64,000 nucleotides of DNA from Trueperaceae bacterium (GCA_034521815.1 JAXHLW010000013.1:1728001-1792000); one strand, 5' to 3'; counted from the first letter of the stretch, positions 33,277 to 43,674 are shown. Notes: generated by a model not told the origin, from the letters alone. Program-made: numbers and translations.

Positions 33277-34290
33277 CTACTCGCGGGCGCCGTACACGTC
33301 GATCATCCGGTAGGGGTAGCGCGGTGCGGGCGCGGACACCTCGTCCAGCCGCGCCTGCTCGTCCTCGCTCAGGCCGAGGGTCGCCGCCCCCAGGTTGTCG
33401 TCCAGCTGCTCCGGCGTGCGGACGCCCATCAGGACGGTCGAGACGGTGGGCCGTCCCAGCAGCCACGCCAGCGCCACCTGGCTGGGCGTGGCGTCGTGCG
33501 TCTCCGCGACCTCGCGGACGACGTCCAGCGTGCGCCAGTTGCGCTCCTGATCGCGCCGCGTCCACGCCTCCTCGGCGTGGTCGGGCGTGCCGCCGATCCG
33601 GCCGGTGTCCGCGTCGGGCGTCTCGTCTCGCCGGTACTTGCCGGCCAGGAAGCCGCCGCCCAGCGGTCCCCACGGCACCATCCCGATGCCCTCCTCCCAG
33701 CACAGGCTGTCGAACTCGGGATCGACGTCGCGCTCGACCAGGCTCATCTGGTACTGCGCCGCGACGAACGGCGCGAGGCTCCGCTCGCGTTGCAGCGTGC
33801 GCGCCTTGGCGACCTGCCACGCCCGGAAGTTCGACACCCCGAGGTAGCGCGCCATGCCGCGCCGGACCACCTCGTCCAGCACGTCCAGGGTCTCCTCCAG
33901 CGGCGTCCACGGGTCCCAGCAGTGGGCGTAGAGCAGGTCGACGTGGTCGGTACCCAAGCGCTTCAGGCTGGCCTCGACCGCACGGAGCACGTGGTGGCGC
34001 GACAGCCCTTCGTCGTTCGGTCCGTCGCCGGTCCGGAAGCGGACCTTCGTCGCCAGCGTCACCTCGTCGCGCCGGTCCCGGATCGCCTCGCCGACGATCT
34101 CCTCGCTGCGCCCGCCGGCGTACACGTTCGCCGTGTCGATGTGGGTGCCTCCGGCCGCCAGGAAGGTGTCGATCATGCGCCGGGCCAGGTCGGGCGGCGT
34201 GCCCCTGGTCTTCTCCTCGCCGAAGACCATCGTGCCGAGCGCCAATGCGCTGACGCGCAACCCGCTCTCTCCGAGTCGCCGATGCTCCAT
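33277..34290 (-). CDS. Aldo/keto reductase
   Basis: LGESGLRVSALALGTM, IDTANVY, LATKVR, SLKRLGTDHVDLLYAH, GVSNF, PWGPLGGG; GGAGG RBS. Confidence 0.93.
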   Translation of the reverse strand: MEHRRLGESGLRVSALALGTMVFGEEKTRGTPPDLARRMIDTFLAAGGTHIDTANVYAGGRSEEIVGEAIRDRRDEVTLATKVRFRTGDGPNDEGLSRHHVLRAVEASLKRLGTDHVDLLYAHCWDPWTPLEETLDVLDEVVRRGMARYLGVSNFRAWQVAKARTLQRERSLAPFVAAQYQMSLVERDVDPEFDSLCWEEGIGMVPWGPLGGGFLAGKYRRDETPDADTGRIGGTPDHAEEAWTRRDQERNWRTLDVVREVAETHDATPSQVALAWLLGRPTVSTVLMGVRTPEQLDDNLGAATLGLSEDEQARLDEVSAPAPRYPYRMIDVYGARE

Positions 34291-34393
34291 CTCGCACCTC
34301 CGTTTCGTGTCTCCGACGCTAGCACGCGCCGCCCGGCGGCCCTCACGTTGACGCCGCGCCGTCGCCCGTCCATACTGCGACCCGAGGTCTCCT

Positions 34394-35254
34394 TTGAGCG
34401 ACGACGAGTACGGCGACGAGTACGCGGACGAGCAGTTCCGGGGCAAGCCCAAGCGCGGCCCGCGAGGTCGCGCCCGCATGGACACCCTTCGCGACCAGTC
34501 CGGCCCGGACGCCGGTCTCGCGAAGCTGCGCGAGCGCGGCCTGGTCCACGAGATCGTGGGGGAGCTCAAGAGCGGCAAGGAGGCCGACGTCGTGCTGGCG
34601 CGCGGCGATGCCGGCCTGATCGTGCTCAAGATCCACCGTGATCCCGCCGCGGGCGGCTTCCGACCCGACGCGGTGTACCTGGACGGGCGGCGCATGCCGC
34701 GCGGCCGCCTGCGCAAGGTGCTGGACCGCGGCGCGCGCGCGGGCCTGCCGACGGACCTGGCGCTGTGGGTGCTGCACGAGACCAAGACGCTCTGGGAGCT
34801 GCACCGCGCCGGCATCGCCGTCCCGCGGCCGCTGCTGGGGCCCGGCGCGCACGAGATCCTGGACGCGGGCCGGATCGTGCCGATGGCGTTCATCGGCGAT
34901 CCGGACGGCACGCCCGCCCCGCGCCTGGCCGACACCCAGCCCACCCCGGAGGAGGCCCGGAGCGCCTGGCGCCAGGCGAAGGACGCCGCGGCCGCGATGC
35001 TGCGCGCCGGCGTCGTGCACGGCGACCTGAGCGCCTGGAACCTGCTGTGGCACGACGGTCGGATCGTCGTGATCGACGTCCCGCAAGCGGTGATGGTCGA
35101 GGAGTCTCCCCACGCGGCGCAGCTGTTCACGCGCGACGTCGTCTCGCTGGTGGAGAGCGTGCGGCCGATGGGCATCGACCTGGACCCGGCCGAGGTCGAG
35201 GCGGAGCTGCGCGTCGCCGCCGGGCTCCCGCCCCACGGCCCGTTTCCGTTCTGA
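34394..35254 (+). CDS. RIO1 family atypical Ser/Thr kinase/ATPase
   Basis: LKSGKEADV, PAPRLAD, VHGDLSAWNLL, IDVPQAV; TTG start is uncertain. Confidence 0.88.
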   Translation: MSDDEYGDEYADEQFRGKPKRGPRGRARMDTLRDQSGPDAGLAKLRERGLVHEIVGELKSGKEADVVLARGDAGLIVLKIHRDPAAGGFRPDAVYLDGRRMPRGRLRKVLDRGARAGLPTDLALWVLHETKTLWELHRAGIAVPRPLLGPGAHEILDAGRIVPMAFIGDPDGTPAPRLADTQPTPEEARSAWRQAKDAAAAMLRAGVVHGDLSAWNLLWHDGRIVVIDVPQAVMVEESPHAAQLFTRDVVSLVESVRPMGIDLDPAEVEAELRVAAGLPPHGPFPF

Positions 35255-35388
35255 TCCACGCACGCGCAGTCCATTTGACGGCACCTTCCGACGCCGCTGC
35301 CTAGGATCAGGCGCGGGACGCATGCGTCGTTCGGATACGCGAACGACGCGCAGGGGGAGGACTCAGAGGACTCAGGAGGCGACACCGA

Positions 35389-35913
35389 ATGGAGACCCCT
35401 CGTAGACACACCCAACGTCGGCAGCGCGGCGCCTGGCGTCGGCTGCTCTCCGCCGCCGTCTTGATCGCTCTGGCCCTGGCTGCTGGCACGTCGAGCCTGG
35501 CGGTCGCCCAAGAGGTGGATACCGGCATGACGACGATTGCCAGCAGCTACGACTTCGCTCGAACGACAGCGAACCTCGAACAGGTGATCGCCGACGAAGG
35601 CCTGAACCTCGTGACGACGTTCGACCACGCTGCGAGCGCTGAAGCAGCCGGCCTGGATCTGCTCCCTACCACCGTGTTCGTGTTCGGGAACCCCCATGCC
35701 GGCACGCCGCTGATGCAGGCGGCGCGCACCATTGCCCTCGATCTGCCGCAGAAGATGCTGGTGTGGGAAGACGAGGTGGGCGACGTGTTCGTCACCTGGC
35801 GCGAGCCTGCGACGTTCGCGGCCGACCACGGACTTGCGGCCGACCACGGGGCGCTTCCGAACATCTCTGCCCTTCTCGAGGCGCTTGCCCGCACCGCGGC
35901 TGGTTCGGAGTAG
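35389..35913 (+). CDS. DUF302 family secreted protein
   Basis: Signal-peptide-like N-terminus; FDHA, VFVFGNPHAGTPLMQ, ALDLPQKMLVWE motifs; AGGAGG RBS. Confidence 0.85.
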   Translation: METPRRHTQRRQRGAWRRLLSAAVLIALALAAGTSSLAVAQEVDTGMTTIASSYDFARTTANLEQVIADEGLNLVTTFDHAASAEAAGLDLLPTTVFVFGNPHAGTPLMQAARTIALDLPQKMLVWEDEVGDVFVTWREPATFAADHGLAADHGALPNISALLEALARTAAGSE

Positions 35914-35998
35914 GTCGCCGAAGCGCGGCTCCTCTCGACCGCATCAACGGCGTCGCGGCCGACGAGATCGCAGTACTCGCAGGCGCCGCTTCTCCGCC

Positions 35999-37129
35999 TC
36001 AGGCCCGCCGCGTCGAGCGCCACAACGCCACCACCACCAGCCACAGCAGCCCGACCGTGCCCGCCATCAGCGTCGGGATCCAGTCGGGCCCGCCCCGCTC
36101 GACGACCCAGCCGATCGCGCCGGAGGTCGCGACCGGTCCCAGCGTGGCGGCGGCCAGCACCGCCGACGCGATCGTCTCGCCGCGGCGCGGGAAGACGCGC
36201 TGCAGCCACGCCAGCCCGGTCGGGAAGATCGGCGCGAACGCCAGGCCCACCAGCGGGTAGGCGAACGGGGCCAGCGGGTCGTGGTGCGTGGCGAGCAGCG
36301 CGACGAACGCCAGCGAGGTCGCGCCCAGCACCATCGTGGCGGGCCGGACGCGGGCGCTGAGCGGCGTCGCCAGCAACCGCCCGATCGTCAGCGCCGCCCA
36401 GTAGGCACTGGCGTTCAGCGCCGCGGCGCGCTCGCCCAGCAGCGGCGCCAAATGGACCGTCTCCCAGCTGCCCACGCCGACCTCGCCGGTGACGTAGAGG
36501 AAGTACATGATCACGAACCCGCCGGCGGCCAGCCACGGCACGCCCGCCGCCGCGGACGGCGCGGGTCGGCCCGGCTCGGTCAGCCGCGCCGACAGGATCG
36601 CCACGCCCGCCGCGATGACCGCCACGCCGATCATCGGCCAGCGAAGCGTGCCGCCGGCCACCGCGACCGCGGCCGGCCCTGCCACGGCGCCGACGCCGAA
36701 CATCGCGTTCAGGAGGTTCAGGGCGGGCGCCGCGTTCGGCGCGAACGAGCGGGCGACCAGCAGGTTGAGCGCCACGTCCACCAGGCCGAACCCCAGCCCG
36801 CCCAGTCCGGCGCCCACGAGCACCCACGGCCAGCTGGGCGCCCAGGCCACGACCGCCGCGCCCGCCGCCATGCCCGCCGAGCCCAGCAGCAGGGGCCAGC
36901 GGTAGCCGACGGTGACCAGCAGCGGACCGGCGATCGCGATGGTCACGAAGCTTCCCGCGAAGTGGAGCGCGACGGTCTGACCGACCAGGTCGAGCCCCAC
37001 GTCGAACCGCCGCACCAGCGACGGAAACGCCGGGCCGTACATCGACTGGATCGCGCCCAGCGCGAAGAACCCGAGGAATCCGGCCAGCAGCAGGCGGCGG
37101 CGATCGACATCGCGGAGAACGGCGCGCAC
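35999..37129 (-). CDS. MFS transporter (FucP/GlcP/TsgA-like sugar permease)
   Basis: About 12 hydrophobic segments; FLYVTGEVGVGSW, YWAALTIGRL, APIFPTG. Confidence 0.85.
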   Translation of the reverse strand: MRAVLRDVDRRRLLLAGFLGFFALGAIQSMYGPAFPSLVRRFDVGLDLVGQTVALHFAGSFVTIAIAGPLLVTVGYRWPLLLGSAGMAAGAAVVAWAPSWPWVLVGAGLGGLGFGLVDVALNLLVARSFAPNAAPALNLLNAMFGVGAVAGPAAVAVAGGTLRWPMIGVAVIAAGVAILSARLTEPGRPAPSAAAGVPWLAAGGFVIMYFLYVTGEVGVGSWETVHLAPLLGERAAALNASAYWAALTIGRLLATPLSARVRPATMVLGATSLAFVALLATHHDPLAPFAYPLVGLAFAPIFPTGLAWLQRVFPRRGETIASAVLAAATLGPVATSGAIGWVVERGGPDWIPTLMAGTVGLLWLVVVALWRSTRRA

Positions 37130-37213
37130 GGCGTCGAAGGATACCGCGCCCGGCGACGCGGGAGGCCCGCCCCGGTCGGCTATACTCGGCGTCCGTGCAT
37201 GCAGGAGGCCTCC

Positions 37214-39973
37214 ATGACCGATGACGCCCGCTCCCTAACGCCGGCCCAGCCGTCGCCCCGCACCGCGGCGCAACGCGAGCAGGCCGACTGGATCGACGAT
37301 CTCCGCCGCGGCTACCTCGCGTTCTTCGAAGAGAAGGGCCACCTGCGGCGGCCCTCCGCTCCGGTGAAGAGCGACGATCCCACGCTGATGTTCACCTCGG
37401 CCGGGATGGTCCAGTTCAAGCCGTACTTCCTGGGCGCCACCCCCAAGTTCGCCGGGGTGAAAGGCGTCCATCACCGCGTCACGACCGCGCAGAAGTGCCT
37501 CCGGATCAACGACATCGAGAACGTCGGGCGGACGCTGCGGCACCACTCGTTCTTCGAGATGCTGGGCAACTTCAGCTTCGGCGACTACTTCAAGCGCGAG
37601 GCCGCGCAGTGGGCGTGGGAGTACCTGGTCGAGCGGCTGGGCTTCGACCCGGAGCGCCTGTACGTCACGATCTACCTGGACGACGACCAGGCGGACGAGG
37701 TCTGGCGGAACGACGTGGGCGTCCCCGCCGACCGGATCAGCCGCTGGGACGAGGACGAGAACTTCTGGCCGGCCAACGCCGTGAGCGAGGGGCCCAACGG
37801 CCCGTGCGGGCCGTGCTCGGAGGTCTTCTTCGACCGCGGTCCCGAGTACGGAACGAAGGACGAGAACGGTCCGAACACCGGGAGCGGCGACCGCTTCATC
37901 GAGATCTGGAACCTGGTGTTCACGCAGTTCGACCGCCAGCCGGACGGCTCGCTGGAGCCGTTGCCGCAGGAGAACATCGACACGGGGCTCGGCTTCGAGC
38001 GCCTGGTGGCGGTGATGCTGGGCGCCGAGGACGCCTACGCCACCGAGCTGTTCCAGCCCACCATCCGCGAGGTCGCTCGCCGCTCCGGCGTCGCGTACGA
38101 GGGGGTCGACAGCACCTCCCACCGCGTGATCGCCGACCACCTCCGCGCGGTCGCGTTCGCGGTCTCCGACGGCGTGCTGCCGGCCAACGACGGCGCGGGC
38201 TACGTGATCAAGATGCTGCTCCGCCGCGCCAGCCGACACGCCTGGCTGCTGGGGCTGAAGGAGCCGGTGCTGCACGCGCTGGTTCCCGCCGTGGTCCAGG
38301 CGATGGGGACGGCGTACCCGGAGCTGGCCGACGGTCAGGAGCGCATCCAGGCGATCGTGCGCGGCGAGGAGGAGCAGTTCCTGCGCACGCTCGAGGCCGG
38401 GATCCAGCGGGTCAAGACGGTCCTGGACGACCTGGACGGCGAGGTGCTGCCGGGCGACGTGGCGTTCGATCTGTGGCAGACGCACGGCTTCCCGCTGGAC
38501 CTCACGCGTGATCTGGCCGCCGAGCGCGGCGTGTCGGTGGACGCCGATGGGTACCGCGCGGCCCGCGAGCGGGCCCGCGAGCGCTCGCGCGGATCGAAGG
38601 AGACGGGTGCGCTGTTCGCCGCTCAGGGCGACACGATGGGCCGCATCGCCGAGCGCGCCGGCGAGACGGAGTTCCTCGGCTACCAGGCGGATCGCGCGGG
38701 GTCGCAGGTGGTCGCCGTGCTGGAGGGCGACGACGAGATCGACGCCCTGGGCGAGGGACGCCGGGCGACCGTGATCCTGGACCGGACGCCGTTCTACCCC
38801 GAGGGCGGCGGGCAGATCGGCGACGTCGGCAAGCTGGTCTGGGACGGCGGCGCCGCCACGGTCCGCGGCACCCGCCGCAGCCCGCAGGGCCTGATCCTGC
38901 ACGAAGCCGAGGTCGTGCGCGGCACGCTCCGCGCCGGCGCCCGCGTGGACGCCCAGGTCGACCCCCAACGCGTGGAGACCCAGAAGCACCACAGCGCCAC
39001 CCACCTGCTGCACGCCGCGCTTCGCACCGTCGTCGGCACGCACGTCGCCCAGGCCGGATCGCTGGTCGCGCCCGATCGGCTGCGCTTCGACGTCTCGCAC
39101 GGCGCGGCGCTCGCAGCGGACGAGCTCGCGCGGGTCGAGACGCTCGTGAACCGCTGGATCCAGGCCGACCTGGACGTCGGCTGGCGCGAGGTGCCGATCG
39201 CCGAGGCGCGCACCGCCGGCGCGATGATGCTGTTCGGCGAGAAGTACGGCGACTCGGTGCGGATGGTGACGATGGGTCGCGAGACGGAGGCGTCCGGCGC
39301 GCCCGCCGACCAGGCGGTGTCGATCGAGCTGTGCGGGGGCACCCACGTCCAGCGCACCGGTCAGATCGGCCCGTTCCTGATCACCGGCGAGGAGGCGGTC
39401 TCGGCCGGCGTGCGACGCATCACCGCGCTGGCCGGCCAGGCCGCCCTGGCGCACGTCCGCGAGCTTCGAGATCGCGAGTCGCGCCTCGCCGGCCTGCTGG
39501 GCGGGCTCCCAGGCGAGCTCGAGCAGCGCGCCAGAAAGCTTCAGGACGACGTCAAGACGGCCCGCAACGAGCTGGCCGCGCTTCGCGAGAAGCTGGCCGA
39601 GGCCCGCACCGGCGCCGGTGGCGGGATCGACGGACGCGAGGTGCCCGGCGTGGGCATGGTGGTCGTGGTCGAGATCGACGGGCTGGACGCCGGCAGCCTG
39701 CGCAACGCCGCCGACACGGCGCTGAGCCGCTCGAAGGCCGACGTCGTCGTTCTGGGCAGCGGCGCCTCGCTGGTCGTCAAGGTGGGCGAGGAGGCCCAGG
39801 CCAACGGCGTCAAGGCCGGCGACCTGGCGCGCACGCTGGCCAAGCGGGCGGGCGGCGGCGGCGGGGGCCGGCCGGACATGGCGCAGGCCGGCGCCAAGGA
39901 CGCGGACGCGTTGGCGGCGGTGCTGGCCGAGCTCCAGAGCGGGTCGCTGGACGCCGAGCTGTTCGGCGGCTGA
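37214..39973 (+). CDS. alaS: Alanine--tRNA ligase
   Basis: FTSAGMVQFKPYF, HHSFFEMLGNFSFGDYFK, IDTGLGFER, HHSATHLLH, ELCGGTH, GGGGGRPDMAQAG; TATACT -10 at 37181 and AGGAGG RBS. Confidence 0.98.
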   Translation: MTDDARSLTPAQPSPRTAAQREQADWIDDLRRGYLAFFEEKGHLRRPSAPVKSDDPTLMFTSAGMVQFKPYFLGATPKFAGVKGVHHRVTTAQKCLRINDIENVGRTLRHHSFFEMLGNFSFGDYFKREAAQWAWEYLVERLGFDPERLYVTIYLDDDQADEVWRNDVGVPADRISRWDEDENFWPANAVSEGPNGPCGPCSEVFFDRGPEYGTKDENGPNTGSGDRFIEIWNLVFTQFDRQPDGSLEPLPQENIDTGLGFERLVAVMLGAEDAYATELFQPTIREVARRSGVAYEGVDSTSHRVIADHLRAVAFAVSDGVLPANDGAGYVIKMLLRRASRHAWLLGLKEPVLHALVPAVVQAMGTAYPELADGQERIQAIVRGEEEQFLRTLEAGIQRVKTVLDDLDGEVLPGDVAFDLWQTHGFPLDLTRDLAAERGVSVDADGYRAARERARERSRGSKETGALFAAQGDTMGRIAERAGETEFLGYQADRAGSQVVAVLEGDDEIDALGEGRRATVILDRTPFYPEGGGQIGDVGKLVWDGGAATVRGTRRSPQGLILHEAEVVRGTLRAGARVDAQVDPQRVETQKHHSATHLLHAALRTVVGTHVAQAGSLVAPDRLRFDVSHGAALAADELARVETLVNRWIQADLDVGWREVPIAEARTAGAMMLFGEKYGDSVRMVTMGRETEASGAPADQAVSIELCGGTHVQRTGQIGPFLITGEEAVSAGVRRITALAGQAALAHVRELRDRESRLAGLLGGLPGELEQRARKLQDDVKTARNELAALREKLAEARTGAGGGIDGREVPGVGMVVVVEIDGLDAGSLRNAADTALSRSKADVVVLGSGASLVVKVGEEAQANGVKAGDLARTLAKRAGGGGGGRPDMAQAGAKDADALAAVLAELQSGSLDAELFGG

Positions 39974-39977
39974 GCTC

Positions 39978-40513
39978 GTGTCCGAGACTGCCGCCGAGAC
40001 CGCTGCCGAGACCGTGCTGGGGCTCGACGTCGGTGACGCGCGGATCGGCGTCGCCCGGGCCGAGGTCGGCATGAGCCTCGCCTTCGGCCGGGGGGCGATC
40101 CGGCGTGGCCGGCAGGCCGAGGACGTCGCCGAGGTCCGCCGCTTGGCGCTCGACGAGGGCGCGGGCCGCATCGTCGTCGGCCTGCCCACCCGCACGGACG
40201 GGCGCGACTCGAAGCAGACGCAGCGTGTCCGCGCCTTCGCCCGCGCCCTGGCCGACGCCGGCCTGATCGTGGAGCTCGAGGACGAGCGCTTCACCACCCG
40301 CATCGCCGAACGCCAGCTGGCCGGCGGGCCGTTGCCGGCAGGCAAGCGGCGCGACAAGGGTCGCGTGGACGAGGCGTCCGCCATCCTGATCCTGGAGAGC
40401 TGGCTCGGACGCCGGCAGGCGAGCATCGAAGACAGCCGCCCGATCGACGACGCGGTCGGCGGCGAGCCGAGCAGCGAGCCGAGCGCGAGTCGAGCAGCGA
40501 GGACGTTCCGTGA
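39978..40513 (+). CDS. ruvX: Holliday junction resolvase-like / pre-16S rRNA nuclease YqgF (RuvX); apparent 1-nt deletion at ~40484 extends the raw ORF to 40901
   Basis: LGLDVGDARIGVA, IVVGLP, DERFTT, VDEASAILIL; typical alaS-ruvX-mltG order; restoring one base ends the frame at the TGA overlapping the mltG start. Confidence 0.9.
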
Positions 40514-41565
40514 GCGCTGCGCGCCACCGTGGCCGGAACGTCGTGCGCCTGCTCGGCGGCCTCGCCGTCGGCGCCGTGCTCGTGGGCGCGGCCGCGGCGA
40601 TCTGGTTCTGGGCCCTCCTCGAGCCGGCCGACCCGACGAGCGCGACGCAGCGCGTGTTCGAGGTCCAGCCCGGCTGGGGCGCCGCGCGGGTCGCGGCGGA
40701 GCTCGAGGCGGAGGGACTGATCCGCGACGCTCGCGCCTTCTCGATCTGGCTCAGGCTGCGCGACCTGGACCGCGACGTGGGCGAAGGGCTGTACGACCTC
40801 TCCCCCGCCATGGGCGCGACGGAGCTCGCGGAGCGGCTGGCGGCCGGCGGGCGACCCCGGACCGTGACGCTGGTGATCCCCGAGGGCTGGCGGGCACGTG
40901 ACGTGGCCGCGCGCCTGAGCGCATTGGGCGTCGCGGAGGCGGACGTGGCTCAGGCGACGATCGACGATCCGGGCACGCTGGCACCACCCTGGCTCCCCGC
41001 CGACGCCGGGCTCGAGGGCTACCTGTTCCCCGACACCTACGAGCTGCGACTGGACGCCGGCGCGGAGGCGGCGCTGGGTACGCCGGTGCGCGCGTTCGAG
41101 CAGCGGGTCGCCCAGGTCTACGCCGAGCAGGTGGACGAGGCGGGCCTGTCGCTGCACGAATGGACGATCCTGGCCAGCATGGTGCAGGCCGAGGCGGCCG
41201 GGCCCGACGAGATGCCGATCATCGCCGGCGTGTTCCTGAACCGTCTCGACCTGGAGATGTTGCTCCAGTCCGACCCGACCGTCGCGTACGGTCTGGACAA
41301 GCGCCTCCCCGAGCTGTCCGCGATCGACGGCGACATGCGGGTCGACCATCCGTGGAACACCTACACGCGGCCGGGACTCCCGCACGGCCCGATCGGCAAC
41401 CCCGGCCTCGAAGCGCTCGAGGCGGTGCTGGCGCCCGATCGGACGCGCGGCGACGGCCGGCTGTGGCTCTACTTCCTGCACGGGGTCGACGACGGCTCGC
41501 CGGTGTTTCGGCCCAACGTCGACCTGCCCTCGCACGAACGGGACGTGGACCGCTTCCTCAGGTGA
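40510..41565 (+). CDS. mltG: Endolytic peptidoglycan transglycosylase MltG (YceG)
   Basis: N-terminal TM segment; IPEGW, LEGYLFPDTY, ILASMVQAEA, VFLNRL, LQSDPTVAYG, WNTY..PGLPHGPIGNPG. Confidence 0.95.
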   Translation: MSAARHRGRNVVRLLGGLAVGAVLVGAAAAIWFWALLEPADPTSATQRVFEVQPGWGAARVAAELEAEGLIRDARAFSIWLRLRDLDRDVGEGLYDLSPAMGATELAERLAAGGRPRTVTLVIPEGWRARDVAARLSALGVAEADVAQATIDDPGTLAPPWLPADAGLEGYLFPDTYELRLDAGAEAALGTPVRAFEQRVAQVYAEQVDEAGLSLHEWTILASMVQAEAAGPDEMPIIAGVFLNRLDLEMLLQSDPTVAYGLDKRLPELSAIDGDMRVDHPWNTYTRPGLPHGPIGNPGLEALEAVLAPDRTRGDGRLWLYFLHGVDDGSPVFRPNVDLPSHERDVDRFLR

Positions 41566-41692
41566 GATCCGTGGCGGCGAACCGCGCCTGAAAGCCCGCC
41601 AGATCCGCGTGGTATGTTCCCGCACATGTCCTCGGTCCAGGAGCCTCGCCCGCGACGGGATCGCGGGCCTCGACCGCTAGGAGCGTGAGCCT

Positions 41693-42313
41693 GTGCGGGT
41701 CCTTCTGTCGCTCTCCAAGGGGATCGACGACGTCACCACCCTGATCGGCAAGGTCGCCTGGTGGCTGACGTTGGTGATGGTCCTCATCGGCGTCCTGAAC
41801 GTGGTGACCCGTTACGTCGGGCGATCGATCGGCGTCGCGCTCGGCGGGACCGAGTACATCGTCCTGCAGACGTACGCCTACAACCTGGTGTTCCTGCTCG
41901 GTGCGGCGTACGTCTTCCGCATGAACGGACACGTTCGGGTCGACATCATCTACAGCGCGCTGTCGTACCGCGCGCGCGCCTGGGTCGACGTGTTCGGCAC
42001 GCTGGTGTTTCTGATCCCGTTTTCGCTGATGGGTCTCTACCTCTCGAACCGCTACGTCGAAACGTCCTGGCGGCAGCGCGAGGTCAACTTCAACGCCGGC
42101 GGGATTCCGATCTACCCGATCAAGACCGTCATCGTGATCGCGTTCGCGCTGCTGCTGGTGCAGGCGCTCAGCGAGCTGATCAAGAACGCCGCGTTCCTCG
42201 CCGGCCGACCGCACTCCCGCTCGCTGCACGACGTGCGTCCCTCGGCCCAGGCGTACCGCACGCCTCAGGCGCTGTTCGACGACGCCCCCGAGCCGAACGG
42301 CGAGACGCCCTGA
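41693..42313 (+). CDS. dctQ: TRAP transporter small permease
   Basis: Four TM segments; FLLGAAY...GHVRVDIIY motif; directly upstream of dctM. Confidence 0.92.
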   Translation: MRVLLSLSKGIDDVTTLIGKVAWWLTLVMVLIGVLNVVTRYVGRSIGVALGGTEYIVLQTYAYNLVFLLGAAYVFRMNGHVRVDIIYSALSYRARAWVDVFGTLVFLIPFSLMGLYLSNRYVETSWRQREVNFNAGGIPIYPIKTVIVIAFALLLVQALSELIKNAAFLAGRPHSRSLHDVRPSAQAYRTPQALFDDAPEPNGETP

Positions 42314-43674
42314 TGGAGTACGTCTCGCTGTGGATGTTCGCCGCGGCCATCGGGCTTCTGCTGATCGGCTTTCCCGTCGCGTTCAGCTTGGGCGGCACGG
42401 CGGTGCTGTTCACGGTGTTCAGCAGCGACCTGATTCCCTGGCTGCCGTGGGAGCCGCTGTTCCGCTTCGCCCGCCTGACGATCCTGCCCCAACGGATGTT
42501 CGGCACGATCATGGAGAACTACACGCTGGTGGCGGTGCCGTTCTTCGTGTTCATGGGCGTCATGCTCGAGAAGTCCGGCTTGGCCGAGGAGCTGCTCGAG
42601 ACGATGGGCGCGCTGTTCGGAACGCTTCGTGGCGGGCTCGCGATCAGCGTGGTGGTGGTCGGCGCGCTGCTGGCCGCATCCACCGGCGTGGTGGGCGCCT
42701 CGGTCGTGACGATGGGCGTGCTGGCGCTGCCGGTGATGCTCAAGTTCCAGTACGACAAGCCGCTCGCGACGGGGGTGGTGGCCTCCTCGGGCACGCTGGG
42801 ACAGATCATCCCGCCCTCGATCGTGCTGGTCATCCTGGGCGACCAGATCGGCGTGTCGGTCGGAACGCTGTTCCTGGGCGCGCTGGTCCCGGGCCTGCTG
42901 CTCTCGGGGCTGTTCGTCCTGTGGGTGATCTTCGTCGCCTGGCGCTGGCCGGAGAAGGCGCCCGCCCTGCCGCCCGAAGCCCGCTCGCTGAGGGGCGCGG
43001 ACCTGGCGCTCAAGGTGGTCCGCAGCCTGATTCCCCCCCTGTTCCTGATCCTCGTCGTGCTGGGCACGATCTTCTTCGGGATCGCGACGCCGACCGAGGC
43101 GGGAGCGATGGGCGCGATCGGCGCGATGCTGCTCGCGGCCGTCAACCGCCGCCTGAACATGCGCGCGCTTACCGAGACGATGGATCAGACCGTGAGGCTC
43201 ACCAGCATGGTCTTCATCATCCTCGTCGGCGCCACCGCGTTCAGCATGGTGTTCACCGCGCTCCGCGGCGACCAGCTCGTGGACTCGTTCCTGCTGAACC
43301 TGCCGGGCGGCCAGTGGGGGTTCCTGTTCTTCACCATGCTGGTGATCTTCGCGCTCGGGTTCTTCATCGACTTCATCGAGATCACCTTCATCGTCGTGCC
43401 GTTCGTGGCGCCGATCGCTTTGACCTGGTTCGGTCCCGACATGATGGCGTGGTTCGGCGTGGTGGTGGCGATGAACCTGCAGGCGTCGTTCCTGACGCCG
43501 CCGTTCGGGTTCGCGCTGTTCTACCTGAAGGGCGTGGCGCCGCCCACCGTGAAGACGCAGCACATCTACGCCGGGATCGTGCCGTTCATCGCGCTGCAGC
43601 TGGTCGCATTGATTCTGATCATCGTCTTCCCGCAGATCGTGAACTGGCTGCCCGGCATCGCGAACGCGGGCTGA
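42313..43674 (+). CDS. dctM: TRAP transporter large permease
   Basis: GFPVAFSLGG, AVPFFVFMG, ASTGVVGAS, GTLGQIIPPS, ATPTEAG, SFLTPPFGFALFYL; start overlaps the dctQ stop (TGATG). Confidence 0.95.
   Translation: MEYVSLWMFAAAIGLLLIGFPVAFSLGGTAVLFTVFSSDLIPWLPWEPLFRFARLTILPQRMFGTIMENYTLVAVPFFVFMGVMLEKSGLAEELLETMGALFGTLRGGLAISVVVVGALLAASTGVVGASVVTMGVLALPVMLKFQYDKPLATGVVASSGTLGQIIPPSIVLVILGDQIGVSVGTLFLGALVPGLLLSGLFVLWVIFVAWRWPEKAPALPPEARSLRGADLALKVVRSLIPPLFLILVVLGTIFFGIATPTEAGAMGAIGAMLLAAVNRRLNMRALTETMDQTVRLTSMVFIILVGATAFSMVFTALRGDQLVDSFLLNLPGGQWGFLFFTMLVIFALGFFIDFIEITFIVVPFVAPIALTWFGPDMMAWFGVVVAMNLQASFLTPPFGFALFYLKGVAPPTVKTQHIYAGIVPFIALQLVALILIIVFPQIVNWLPGIANAG

Noticed and set aside
34394-35254. 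RIO1 kinase as a novel eukaryote-like signalling system
   Set aside because: RIO-family proteins are widespread in bacteria, and no suggestive partner gene is adjacent.
33277-39973. 856-aa AKR ORF and 1413-aa AlaS ORF as fusion proteins
   Set aside because: The extensions are antisense shadows of RIO1/DUF302 and the MFS gene; RBS-supported starts are at 34290 and 37214.
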